Assembly (NCBI RefSeq): GCF_001194135.2
Contig: NC_068997.1
Location: forward strand, 18,578,356 to 18,642,355
Direction of reading: 5' to 3'
DNA length: 64,000 nt
Origin: Octopus bimaculoides
Lineage: Eukaryota
Of this stretch, positions 12,050-24,427 are shown piece after piece (position 1 is the first letter of the stretch; each line of letters begins with the position of its first letter). A program made the translations under genes and the position numbers. The notes under the pieces were generated by a model, which was not told the origin of the DNA, made no database searches, and saw only the letters and a list, made by a program, of their open reading frames with translations.

Positions 12050-12800
12050 GCATTTCACGCGATGACACAAATATAGTAATATTTTTAACAGGCATAATTT
12101 AAGAACCTCTTTCAGTTGTGCGCCTAATATTAAGAATAAATTACTTAGCACTCCTAAGCCACGGAGAGAGGCAGGTTGTTCATGCAGGACTAGGAATGAA
12201 TGCCCAGTGGACGGCCGATATAACACCGAGGCTACAGTGTACCAAGCAAAGGTAGCCTCCACCTTTGGAAGCAGCACAAATATCAATAACATCAATGAAA
12301 ACACAAGGACGCAAACTAAAATTTATGCCGGATCTTGTGATGCCAGATCTAAAATTCGCCTGAACAACCACAGATCTTCTTTCAGGGTCCCGGAAAGACG
12401 CAACACAACAACCCTTGGCACCTAAAGGACGATCATACGCCCTTTAACATCAGATGGCAATTATTGGAAACTTGTGGACCCCTATCGTAATGGAGCAAGA
12501 CTGTGTAATTTGTGTTTGTCAGAAAGATTTATAATCCTCATAAACTCACATGAGCCAGAAGGCTACCTTAACTCCAGGATGGAAACCGTGGGGAGTTGTC
12601 CACATTTTCGGAAATTTTCAAACTTGGAAAACCTAGCTATCAAGCGAAGGAAGACAACTCGCCCCGCCATATTTTTAAAGAGGATTATTTCTTGAACTAC
12701 CACCGGCGTGTTTTAAAACAAACATTTTTTGGTTACTATTCAGAGAAACTGAAGAGATGTCTAGTTCACGCTAGATTTGAAGCTAATGTTTTTTTTCTAA
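12046..12800 (+). mobile_element. Penelope-like element 3' end: GIY-YIG endonuclease remnant plus 3' terminal region
   Basis: Translation across frameshifts: KHFTR*HKYSNIFNRHN...SFSCAPN...CSCRTRNECPVDG...VYQAKV...IYAGS...RLNNHRSSFR...FNIRWQLL...PYRNGARLCNLCLSERFII...[13 protein letters not shown], the canonical PLE endonuclease C-terminus. Confidence 0.85.
12741..12800 (+). ncRNA. Degenerate type-I hammerhead ribozyme downstream of the Penelope ORF
   Basis: agaaa-CTGAAGA-gatg-tctag[ttcacg]ctaga-ttt-GAAGC-taat-GTT-ttttttct. Core order and stem II are present; GAAAC is changed to GAAGC. Confidence 0.45.
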
Positions 12801-13199
12801 ATTTACGTTATATATATATATATATATATATATGCATGTATGTATACACACACACAAACATATATGTGCATACTCATATATATACATATATTTATATATA
12901 TATATATATATACATTAACATAACTATAGATATGTGCATATATAGTTACATACACATATACGATAATTATGCATGTATATGTACTTAGAGTGTATATGTA
13001 TGTGTATATGTATATCCTTTTATGTATATATACACACACTGATGGCATATAAACTCATGTATTCATATTCTAATATTTCAGTATAAACTTATAACTTCTT
13101 TTTTTTTTTTTGCAATACGAAAGAAAAAAATAATATAAAAATCGATTTACAATTATTTTTATCACATGTTCTACATATGCAAGAGAGGAAATGTCGAGA

Positions 13200-13381
13200 T
13201 GATTTTGTTGTCGTTGTTGTTGCTGTTAATGATTTTGTTGTTGTTGTTGTTGACATTCTTTTCCTTTCTTTGTCGTTTTTTTTCTTTTCAACTTTTTCCT
13301 TCTCTTGGCGTCATCATGTTAGCTTCTGCTTTTCTTCTTCTTCTTCTTCTTCTTCTTCTTCTTCTTCTTCTTCTTCTTCTG

Positions 13382-13445
<64 letters not shown>

Positions 13446-13483
13446 TCCTTCTTCTTATTGTCCTTCTTCTTCTTATTCTTCTT

Positions 13484-13520
<37 letters not shown>

Positions 13521-13991
13521 AACTTCTTTTTCTATTTCTTCTTCCTCTATTTCATCTTCTACTACTTTTTCTTTTCTTCTACCTCTATTTCTTCTTTTTC
13601 TCCTTCTCCTTCTTCTTTTTCTTCTTCTTCTTCTTCTTCTTCTTCTTCTTCTTCTTCTTCTTCTTCTGCTTCCTGTTATTATTATTATTCTCCTCCTCCT
13701 CCTCCTCCTCGTCCTCCTTCCTACTTCTCCTCATTATATTGCTCCTTATTCTCATTCTTTTCTCTTCCTTTTCCTTTCCCATTAGTTTCTCTCTCGGTCC
13801 CTTCATCCATCCACATCTCAAGGTTTTCTGCTTTGCTCTTTCTAGTCTTCTTCTTTTTCGTCATCGTCATCCTCTTCATCATCAACATCATCGGGGCAGC
13901 GTCGTCATCGTCGTCGTCGCCATCATCATCATCATCACCATCAGCAGCAGTTACTGCAGCATTATCATCGTCATCTGCTATTCATCACGAC

Positions 13992-14023
<32 letters not shown>

Positions 14024-14099
14024 ACAACAACATCATCATCTCCATCATCATCATCATCATCATCATCCTCTCCATCATCATCATCATCATCATCATCAT

Positions 14100-14144
<45 letters not shown>

Positions 14145-14177
14145 TCCATCATCATCATCATCATAATCATCATCATT

Positions 14178-14209
<32 letters not shown>

Positions 14210-14385
14210 TATCGTCATTATCCTCTTCAACTTCTCGCACCCCTTCGCCATTTTCCTCCTTTTTCATCTTAATCTTCATATTCCAATATCGACCCTTTCT
14301 ACATCCCATTCCTTGCTAATTTTAAACTTTTCACTACTACTACTACTACTACTACTACTATTACTACTACTACTATCTCATTTTC
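13200..14385. repeat. Large compound trinucleotide microsatellite field: (TTG),(TTC),(ATT),(ACT),(TCC),(ATC),(ACT)
   Basis: Directly visible; produces the spurious 368-aa and 351-aa ORFs. Confidence 0.97.
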
Positions 14386-14759
14386 TTATTGCTTGCTACC
14401 TTTCTATTTTTGTTTTATTCGTTAGAATTTTTACGGAATATATTGTCATCCATGATGTTGTTATTATTCACAAGTTCATCTTTTTTCAGAAGTCAGCGAC
14501 AAATTTACTATAGAATGCGCAGAAATTAATATACATCAATGCATATATACATATGCGTATACATAAATGCACACATACATATTCGTGCGCGCGCACGCAT
14601 ACACATACGCAAACACACACACATTCACACACACACACACACAAAAATATAACTTTTCGGCTTCTATATAAATGCGTTTGTACTTAAATGTTTATATGTA
14701 CGTATATATATATATATACATATATACGTATATATATATATATGTATGTATATATGTAA

Positions 14760-14829
<70 letters not shown>

Positions 14830-14895
14830 ACATACAAGTATACAGGGTATATGTCAGCTCATATGTACACAAGTGTGTATATGTGGATATATGTG

Positions 14896-14927
<32 letters not shown>

Positions 14928-14980
14928 CGTCTACACTATAAAGGTTTGGGTGAGTGCATACAAATGAGTTTTTCTCTAAG

Positions 14981-15071
14981 CGGAGACATTGATGCAAAGA
15001 CCGTATACTACAATGCCTTCCTGCGATTTGTACGAAAACAACAAAATACGCTTTTATGTCATTTTACCGAA
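14981..15071 (+). CDS. Weak candidate exon (GDIDAKTVYYNAFLRFVRKQQNTLLCHFTE)
   Basis: tttttctctaAG acceptor, GTaaat donor, 91 nt with two open frames; no recognisable homology. Confidence 0.2.
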
Positions 15072-15709
15072 GTAAATTGAAATATTTCAGCTTGTAGTAA
15101 ACACTTCAATATAGTCTCTCTATATACATACATGCGTATGTGGGCGCATTATATATATATATATATATATATATNNNNNNNNNNNNNNNNNNNNNNNNNN
15201 NNNNNNNNNNNNNNNNNNNNNNNNNNNNNNNNNNNNNNNNNNNNNNNNNNNNNNNNNNNNNNNNNNNNNNNNNNNNNNNNNNNNNNNNNNNNNNNNNNNN
15301 NNNNNNNNNNNNNNNNNNNNNNNNNNNNNNNNNNNNNNNNNNNNNNNNNNNNNNNNNNNNNNNNNNNNNNNNNNNNNNNNNNNNNNNNNNNNNNNNNNNN
15401 NNNNNNNNNNNNNNNNNNNNNNNNNNNNNNNNNNNNNNNNNNNNNNNNNNNNNNNNNNNNNNNNNNNNNNNNNNNNNNNNNNNNNNNNNNNNNNNNNNNN
15501 NNNNNNNNNNNNNNNNNNNNNNNNNNNNNNNNNNNNNNNNNNNNNNNNNNNNNNNNNNNNNNNNNNNNNNNNNNNNNNNNNNNNNNNNNNAGCGGTTCAA
15601 TCCTAGATTAAAGCTGAATTATTTTCTTGTCCTGATTTATTGCCGTTTCACTCATTAAACCTGCATTTCACTTATTACTTTGTTGTTTTACATACTTGTA
15701 TATTCTTTT

Positions 15710-15970
15710 CTTTTCTACTCTCAGCACAAGGCCCGAAATTTTGGGGGAGAGGGGCAGTCGATTAGATCGACTCCAGTACGTAACTGGTACTTCATTTATC
15801 GGCCCCGAATGGATGAAAGGCAAAGCCGACCTCAGTGGACAGATGAAATGCCGTAAAACATTTCGTCCGACGTGCTAACGTTTCTTATTTCTTTATTGGC
15901 CTCAAGGGGCTAAACATAGAGGGGGTAAATAAGGACAGACAAAGGAATTAAGTCGATTACATTGACACAA
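15710..15970 (-). mobile_element. tRNA-derived SINE family S1 copy plus the 3' tail of a second copy
   Basis: Reverse complement of ...gaggtcggctttgcctttcatccattcggggccgataaatgaagtaccagttacgtactggag... The tail segment matches the 58617-58842 copy (ctgtccttatttacccc...aataaagaaat). Confidence 0.85.
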
Positions 15971-16004
15971 TCGGCTTAATCTCATGTCATTATTATAACA
16001 TATC

Positions 16005-16387
16005 TGCATTTCGTTTTCCGTTACTTCCTGAGTTCAAAATCCACCGAGGTCGACTTTGCCTTTCATCCTTTCGGGGCCGATAAATTCAGTACCAGTTGAT
16101 TACTGGGGTTGATCTAATCGACTGACCCCCCACCCCTCCTCCAAAATTTCAGGCCTTGTGCCTATAATAAAAATGATTACTATAACATATCGGTATTTCG
16201 TCTGCCGCTATGTTCTGAGTTCAAATTCCGCTATAGTCGACTTTGCCTTTCATGCTTTCGGGGACGATGAAATAAGTACCAGTTACACCCTGGCAACGAC
16301 GAAATAAGTACCAGTTACGCACTGGTTTCGATGTAATCGACTGGCCCTCTTTTCAAGATATTGTGCCTAGAGCAGAAATAATTATCG
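16005..16387 (+). mobile_element. Two 5'-truncated S1 SINEs in tandem
   Basis: Each has a B-box (gagttcaaa), gtcgactttgcctttcat and agtaccagtt. Both are bounded by taacatatc at 15996, 16183 and 16388. Confidence 0.9.
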
Positions 16388-16457
16388 TAACATATCCCTC
16401 TTCATGCAGTCAGAATATTTAACGATCCATCTCAAGAATTCTGCTGTGCACACTTAT

Positions 16458-16995
16458 ATGCTGCTGCTGCTACTGCTGCTGCTGCTGTTGCTGTTGCTGA
16501 TAATGATGATGATGATGATGATGATAATGATGGTAATATTGTTGAACCTTATCGTTATCATTTTCGTCATATTCAGTCTCACAAAATTCTTGTTATATAG
16601 TTGTTATCATATTTGAGATTATTATTATTTCATCAAACATCTCTTTACCATTCTACACTTTCTGTATCATCATCATAACCATAATTACCATCCTTGATCT
16701 GATCTCGTCATTGTATTCGATAATTTCATCATCTTTTTCATAATTGTTCTTCCTGCTGTCATCACCATCAACATTGTCGAAGTTTTCATCTTCGTCTTCA
16801 TGTCTGTCGTCGTTGTCATCGTCGTCGTCGTCGTCGTCGTCGTCATCATCATCATCCATCAACATCATCGTTGTTCTCATCATCGTCGTCATCATTATCA
16901 TCATTATTATCATTACCACTATTATCACCACCATCACCATCTCTATCATCATTTTATGATCTTCATCGTCATCATAAACTTAACCCTTCATCAGT
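16458..16995. repeat. Compound (CTG)/(GAT)/(TCA)/(TCG) microsatellite region
   Basis: Directly visible. Confidence 0.9.
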
Positions 16996-18077
16996 AGCAA
17001 CAGCACTGATCACTAATTTCAATTTAAATATACATATTTTTTAAAGTGTAAAAAAAAAATATTATCTCCAGCTGCAAATAAACAGTGGAAATTCATATTT
17101 AAATTGAAAAATAAAACCAAATAAAAAAAATATAAAATAAATAAATTCGTACCTCCTGATTTTAAAAATCGATATTTTCTGGTTTTGAAAGTCGATAATT
17201 TTGCAGTTGTCGATATTGTTCTCATTTCTGTAAACATTCCAGCAGAATTAAATTTTCATTTCCTTTTGTTCCTTACCATTTTCGTTTTCCTTTCTCGTTC
17301 TCAATTTTTTCATTTTTATTTTTATTTAGCTTTTTTAGAGAGAATGTTATCGAGGAATATTTCTTGGGGGGATGGTGTTCGTTATGTGCTTCGTGCATTT
17401 TTATTTTTGTCTTTTTTTTTCTGTTATTTTGTCGTGACGTTTAGTTGTTGTTCTTTTACTTGGAATAAAATATCTCTTTAATTCGAAATATTCGTATAAA
17501 ATAATCGAAATTAATTCCCACATCTCAAAGAGCTCTTCCGCCTGATTAAAATCCTTTCCTCATCCACAAACTCTAAAACCTTTTATTTCCGTTAACATCA
17601 TCGAATGCTTGTACTTTTCTTTAAATTCTTTCATACGTTTTATTTACTTTTTGTGAGACAATTTTGGAGTCCCCCACATAATTTTTGTCTATGACAAGCT
17701 ACGCCTGATGGCATAGACAACCAATCATATAGTCATCCGGATAGCACATTTAAATGTTTTGCAACTCCCTACGTCACATGTGTGAAGACCTACCTTAGAT
17801 GGACAAAGTAGAACGCATCACTGAGGTATTTTATTATTAGCTATAATCAAAGTTCACTTTAATCCCTCTTCATAAACATATACGCATGAATGCATACATA
17901 CATACATATATTTATACGCACACACACGCGTGCGCACACACGTACACACATATATGTATAGACAGATATTGTATATTCATTATATATACATATATTCATT
18001 CTATATATATATATATANNNNNNNNNNATGTATGTATGTATGTATGTATGTATGCATATATATATATATATGTATGT

Positions 18078-19060
18078 TATTATTCAGTTTTATTCCAAGA
18101 AAGTGAGCCGGTTTCTAATCTAGATCCAAGGGTCCTACATTGGAATTTCAACAACAACAATAGGTATTTTTGTATGCATGTATGTATGTATGTATGTATG
18201 TATGTATGTATGTATGCATGTATGTGTGTACGTGAGTGTGTATGTATGTATGTATGTATGCATGCATGTATGTATGTATGTATGTGTGTATGTATGTATG
18301 CATGCATGTATGTATGTATGTACGTATGTCTTCTCATGCATATACGTGCATATCTAGACATGCTCATATATATTTAAATGATAAACGCCTGGAAAGTTTT
18401 ACAAATTTGTTCAGTTCAGTGATGGCTTGGATCTGTAGTCTTCGAATTATTTTCCTTCTGACTTTGAGTAGCTTAATTTCTCAAGATTGGTATTTACGCA
18501 GATTTGCACAATTGTACACAGTTTACTTTCTCTATCTCAAATCATTATATAAGGTTTGTTGTGTTTATATTTTATTGAGGTTTTCAATGGGGCATTCCAC
18601 TACACTCCTTTCTGTGTGGCTCTGGCTTCAACCATATTGTGGGCTCTTATTTCTCTGTCCTCGGTGTTATCTTTCCGACGAATTTCATTATAGCTACGTC
18701 ATGTCTCATCGGTAGATAATACCGTGATGATATTTTCTGGACATCTGCTTGGGATGTCGGTGATATCTTCGGTGTTAACTTCACAAGGTCTACATCGGTT
18801 GTTATATTTTACCGCTTCTCCTGCATCTCTGTACCATTTGTGCATCAGGTATTTGGCTGATATTTCTTGTTCCTGGGTTGCAAACGCATACCCTTCAAAG
18901 CGGGATGTAGTAATCCAGTTGTTGGTCCATGATAGACTGCTTTGATGATCAATGCTACAATCATCTCTGAGCTTGTCTTTTCATGTAATGATATTTTGTG
19001 GTAGAATCGTGCTTCTTCTTGAGGCGTATTTTTAAGGTTATCAGACAAAGAATGCTGCTC
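18078..19060 (-). mobile_element. 5'-truncated Dong/R4-like RLE LINE, family C (ORF end plus 3' UTR with internal (TACA)n)
   Basis: Minus translation: SWTNNWITTSRFEGYAFATQEQEISAKYLMHK...CRPCEVNTEDITDI...KHNKPYIMI*DRESKLCTIV...ICKTF. This is the EGxxFAxQEQ motif, zinc knuckle and RLE region of the R4/Dong clade. Confidence 0.85.
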
Positions 19061-19124
19061 ATGTGTATGTATGTACGTATGTATGGATAGATAGATAGAT
19101 TAATTGACGGACTGACACACATAC

Positions 19125-19177
<53 letters not shown>

Positions 19178-19746
19178 TTCATCAGTTTTGGCTTTGCCAA
19201 GTAAGAAGAATATGCTTCAATGAAGAAGCCTAATGAGACTGAAACATATCACATCTCTTTGCTTCACAAGTAGACTTAAAAGTATTTCACCTCAATATGT
19301 TACTGGTATAAAACTCCACACGGTTACACATTTCTAATTCGGTAGCAACATTGCTTAATGTTATTAGAGACAATAATGACCTAAAAGCAGGATTTCTCCC
19401 AGCTCTAAGTGAGTGCAACAGTCAGATATAATAAGATCCCTGTTTCACAACGTACAGCAGTCAGGCATCAGCACATGTTTCATTTTCTTTTCCTGTTGAT
19501 CTGATATCTTAATCACGTACACCTGTCGAGGTAAATCGCATCATCTTTAAGCATAACTTTGAAAGAAACCCAGTTCTGAACAGAGTCTTAGAACTTCAAT
19601 AGTTTTATAGAACTAATGGACATTACCACTAATTCTAATAAGAAGCTCAAAAACAACTGAAGCAGTTGGTGAGCAAATACTACGCCGCACAGTTTGCTAG
19701 AAATAGCAAAGAAAATCTTTATAGTGGAGGAGCAATTTGGATAATG

Positions 19747-20015
19747 TAGTTTGTGATAAACTATCTACGACAACTATGTGTTCCTTGCAGGACAGTTAAT
19801 ACAAAGGAGATAATCTTTAGATAATATTTGGTAGCATTTGAAGTGTGAATTTCAAATTAAGGAATAAAGAAGCAGGTGCATAGGATACGCAATAATTGTC
19901 TTTTTTGTGACTTCGAAGTTCTTAAAATTTTAGTTTCTGATAAACTATCCACGACAACTATGTGTTCCCTGCAGGTCAATTAATACAAAGGAGATAATTA
20001 TTAGATAATATTTGG
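19747..20015 (+). repeat. 85-bp direct repeat pair (19747-19831 and 19931-20015)
   Basis: tagttt(g/c)tgataaactatc(t/c)acgacaactatgtgttcc...atacaaaggagataat...agataatatttgg; about 7 mismatches, offset 184. Confidence 0.9.
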
Positions 20016-21054
20016 CGGCTTATGTAAAAAGGAACTTCAAAACTTTAAAAAACACAGAAAAAAGTAACTTTCTTATATACAAAACCAAACACTAGTTTAT
20101 AACTTGTGTTTTATCAGAGATTTATATCTATCTGATTAAAACTGCACAAATTACAAAGAATTTTTCGAAACAACAATTATTATATTAGCACAATCTTATG
20201 ATATATCAGACATATACAGGCATCGCTCATTATAAGATCCTACAGAAATAATTAACTGGCATCATTTGATCTCATAGACATATCACGCTACAAATTTTCC
20301 CTCTAGATATGTGTTACTTGAATCATGAAGATGATAACGTGTTGATCTCATATTTACAACCTGAAATATATAGCTTCATTAATTAATTACTGCAACCCCT
20401 GTAATGAAATCATTATTTATCTTATGCTTCATAGATACTGTTTTATTAGTGTTTACGTTGTATTATGTACCCTCAAGAAAGCTACGGTGACAAGCTTTAT
20501 TATCCTTCTAATATAATGAAGCATATAATTAATATAATGATGCAGTTCTCAAAGTAATGAGCTTTGTTTTACTATGAAAAACGTTTTCAATCAAGAAAGT
20601 GATTATAATTTGGTTAATTTGCCGGCGAACCGAAACTGGAAAATTTAGGCATCCTACACATTCGCACAAAACATCTGCTATTTCATTTAATGCAGGCAAA
20701 GTATTCTATACAAAAACTGTACTCGACTGCGGTGGGATCTGAATTCAAATTGTATGGAGACAGCAAAGGTAATTTCAGGTGTTTGCAACTCTACAATTTT
20801 ACGTGTATCCAAATAATTCGGGAAGACTGAGATTTACTACGGAATTTTGTGACGAACATCGCAGACAGAAATAATTGATGAAAAATATCAAATTCAGGGT
20901 GGGAAAGGTCAAGAATTTCATGTCTTCCTATAGTGGAAATTTCATGGTTGGAAACATGACTAAATTACGCAAGATACTTCATGTGGCTTCAAAGATTTTG
21001 GTTTTGTCTCTTTTGCAAAAGTTTGGCATTAATGATGCTTCTTTTACCACTATT

Positions 21055-21291
21055 TACTTTCTTCAGTCATTGCATTGCGGCCAAGATGGTGCAGTGCATT
21101 GGGGGTGGTTTGGTATCACAAAGTACTAATTTTGAACATCTGGTACTTATTCTATCATTTTCTTTTATCGAGGTGCTAAGCTACGTGGACGTAAACAAAC
21201 CCATTCTGGTTGCGAGAGGTCGGGAGGGACAAGTAGACGCATACATACGCATATATTAATGCATATATATATATAAAATAAAGAAACTCGT

Positions 21292-21359
<68 letters not shown>

Positions 21360-21368
21360 ACGAAACCC

Positions 21369-21403
<35 letters not shown>

Positions 21404-21595
21404 CGGGTTTCTTTTAGTTTCCATTTACCAAATCTACAATATACATATGTGTGTGTATGTGTGTGTAGGCGACTGGCTTCCACACAGTTCCCGTCAGCCA
21501 ATTTCACTCATGAAGCACTGAACAGCCCAGGACTATAAAGAAGACACTTGTCCAGGATGTACAGTGGAGCTGCACTAGAAACCTGTACCTACGGT
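21055..21595 (-). mobile_element. S2 SINE parts (tRNA head, body, tail) with internal (TA)n/(TG)n tracts
   Basis: Head and body homologous to 39425-39600 and tail homologous to 1432-1640; the segment gacggg(t/c)ttc...tttcc...accaaatc occurs twice. Confidence 0.7.
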
Positions 21596-22428
21596 AAGAA
21601 GAAATATTCGGAAATTTCATTAATTTGTTATTTCCGATCAGATGTTTTTGGCAGGATTGTGTATATGTGTTGAAGCAGCCGTTTTAGTTGTTTCAGAGCA
21701 GAAGATATTTAATTTACAGGCTTATAGCTTCTCTCCTTTAGCAAAGAAGTGAGGTTTCAAACTTCGCTATGGGTGTCTTACCTGCAACAAACTTCTATTC
21801 TAAGAATTAATAATTATCATATTTTCATTTAGCGTGAATGATAACTACAATTTAACGCCAAATATATTGAATTTCACAATTCGTGAGATGATAAATATAT
21901 TTTCTCTTCTGATATCAATAAATTAGAGCAAAAAAAAATCCAAATATTTTAAATAAGAGAGCTGAAATAACTAGCTATTCACACTAAAGAGAAAAATTGA
22001 ACATGTATAGAAATATGATTTGTAATTGGAGCAACATAATTCAAAGTAATATATTTTCTATATCTTTCTCCCTATTTTTTTTAACTCCCCGTTGTAGTCA
22101 AATCGATCATTATTTTCTTAAGTTTTCATTGCAATTCGATTTTAATGTTGCTGAGAACAATATTATTTTCCATCGTGTCAGTGAACAATAATACAAATAA
22201 ATTTCTCTGATCAATGAGAGAGAAACCTGGGAGGCGCGTATTAAAGAATTTGTATTTTCTTCCTATTTAAGGATGGGTTTTTTTTTTACTTTTTTTTTAC
22301 AGGGGCTTTTATTTTTCCCTCATGATTTTGTTGAATTATTCCTGCTTCGTAGCTATGGTAAAATTATTGGGGTAAAACAATTTTGTAGATGAAAATTAAT
22401 AAACAAACACATATACGTATATATGTGC

Positions 22429-22473
<45 letters not shown>

Positions 22474-22571
22474 NNNNNNNNNNNNNNNNNNNNNNNNNNN
22501 NNNNNNNNNNNNNNNNNNNNNNNNNNNNNNNNNNNNNNNNNNNNNNNNNNNNNNNNNNNNNNNNNNNNNNN

Positions 22572-22620
<49 letters not shown>

Positions 22621-22745
22621 AGCAAATAAATAACGAAAAAATGGAGAAATCTCAGTTTATAAACCTCACAAAGTTGCTTGCTACAACAATTAATTTTTGG
22701 ATATAATTTATTCCGTATACAACTTTTCACAATATTATATTAAAC

Positions 22746-22776
<31 letters not shown>

Positions 22777-23869
22777 TGTGTTGTGCTGCGCTCTGTGTGC
22801 ATTTTGTTTTTAATTTACAATCTGATCACTGCATTCCCTAATCTAAAGATATTGGATCCTTTTATAGTTATTTATGATTTAGATTTGGAATATATTTTAG
22901 TTGTTTGTGTGCAGCAGGCTTTAGCATTATTAATATTATGATTATCATAATAATAATTGATATTATAAAAATTCATTATATGTATTCCTATTAAAGTTGA
23001 TGCAGCAGATATTTTATAATATTGCAGTAATTATTATAATATCAGTAATTTTATCAATATAATGTCAATATTTTTAACATTAATAATAATAACAAGTGGG
23101 AACTAGCTATCTTAAAGACATCGCTGTTGGCATTGAAATTGGATTTTGCATGTTGGGATTAATTAATGCATATTCTTCTCTATTAATCTGTGTATGTGTG
23201 TCTATGTGTCTATGTATCTGTGTTTACCTGTGCGTTTCAGTGTATGTACAATATATGCGTGTGCGTATACATGTATGTATTTGGGAATGTGTATGCATAT
23301 TTGTAGATTTGATTTGAAGGACACATTTATATTTTTTCTGCACTAGATCATTTACCTTCGTTTGTGTATGCGAGTGCGCGTCAGTGAGTGAGTAAGTGAG
23401 TAGGTAAATGAGCGACTGAGTAGGTAAGTAAGCGACTGTGTGATTGAGTGAGAGCGTGAGTGGATGAGTGAGTGGGTGAGTGAGCGAGTGAGTGAGAGAG
23501 CGAGTGAATGAATGAAAGAATGAATAAATGAGTGTGCCAATTAAAAATGAAATGATACATGGTTAAATTTTGCAGAATCAGAATCATGAAAATTTCAGAG
23601 ATAACTTAGAAGCTGTTCTTCGAATATTTGTTTGTGCATAAACGTGTTAGAATTTCAACTCTGCTTTTTAAATTGCATATGATAATTCACCATGTACACT
23701 GACATGCTTTCACAATCATCAGCATATACACATCTTTTTGCAGACTATTTTATAGCAACAAAATTCGTTATCTAGTTCCAAATAGACGACATGTTGTCTG
23801 TCACGGACGTGACAACATCACGTCGAAACAACCGGTAACCGAGAGTCTGCTGCTGTCGCGTGAAGCATA

Positions 23870-23925
23870 TTCTTCTTCTTCTTCTTCTTCTTCTTCTTCT
23901 TCTTCTTCTTCTTCTTCTTCTTCTT

Positions 23926-23956
<31 letters not shown>

Positions 23957-24012
23957 TTCTTCGTATTATTATTGTTATTATTGTCATTATTATTTTTATT
24001 ATTATTATTATT
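23870..24012. repeat. (TTC)n followed by (ATT)n
   Basis: Directly visible. Confidence 0.97.
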
Positions 24013-24367
24013 TTATGTTTGACTTTTGTTTTGCATTTGTACAAGTTGGATCCTAGTCTCACCCGGAGACCTCAAGAGACAACAAGTTAGAAGTTCATGT
24101 AGGTGTTATGCCTAGGGTACCATATATTTGGATTTGTACAGTTTTGTTCAAGTGAATGTTTAAGAAACCATAAGAAAATTATGTGTTTGCTTTAAAATTT
24201 GACATCACATAGACAGTATTTTATGTAGGATATGGGCAGTTCCCATGAGCACTATCTTTTGAACTTCAGCCATTTTGGGGTTTCCTGGAATCTGATCTAG
24301 GTAGTAATCAGCCCGTTTCGCTGTCATTCCCAGGGCACCTATGACAATAGGTATTGTTTTCGTCTTC
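24013..24367 (-). mobile_element. Dong/R4-like LINE 3' end (family D) inserted in (TAA)n
   Basis: Minus translation KTKTIPIVIGALGMTAKRADYYLDQIPGNPKMAEVQKIVLMGTAHILHKILSM*, then a ~190-bp UTR; (TAA)n on both sides. Confidence 0.9.
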
Positions 24368-24416
<49 letters not shown>

Positions 24417-24427
24417 ATTATTATTAA

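Noticed and set aside
13166-14513. Longest gap-free ORFs (368 and 351 aa)
   Set aside because: Homopolymeric translations of stop-free trinucleotide microsatellites, open in several frames at once.
21782-21799. 18-nt minus-strand micro-exon candidate (ttcttAG...CAG/GTaaga)
   Set aside because: Such short AG...GT matches arise often by chance; no support without RNA data.
23780-23835. Hairpin atgttgtc..gtcac-ggac-gtgacaacat followed by cgaaac, resembling a hammerhead
   Set aside because: The CUGANGA core is absent and the spacing to GAAA is wrong.
19203-23877. 17-bp inverted match aagaagaatatgcttca (19203 vs 23861)
   Set aside because: Partly a (AAG)n repeat; expected by chance in AT-rich sequence and the flanks do not extend.
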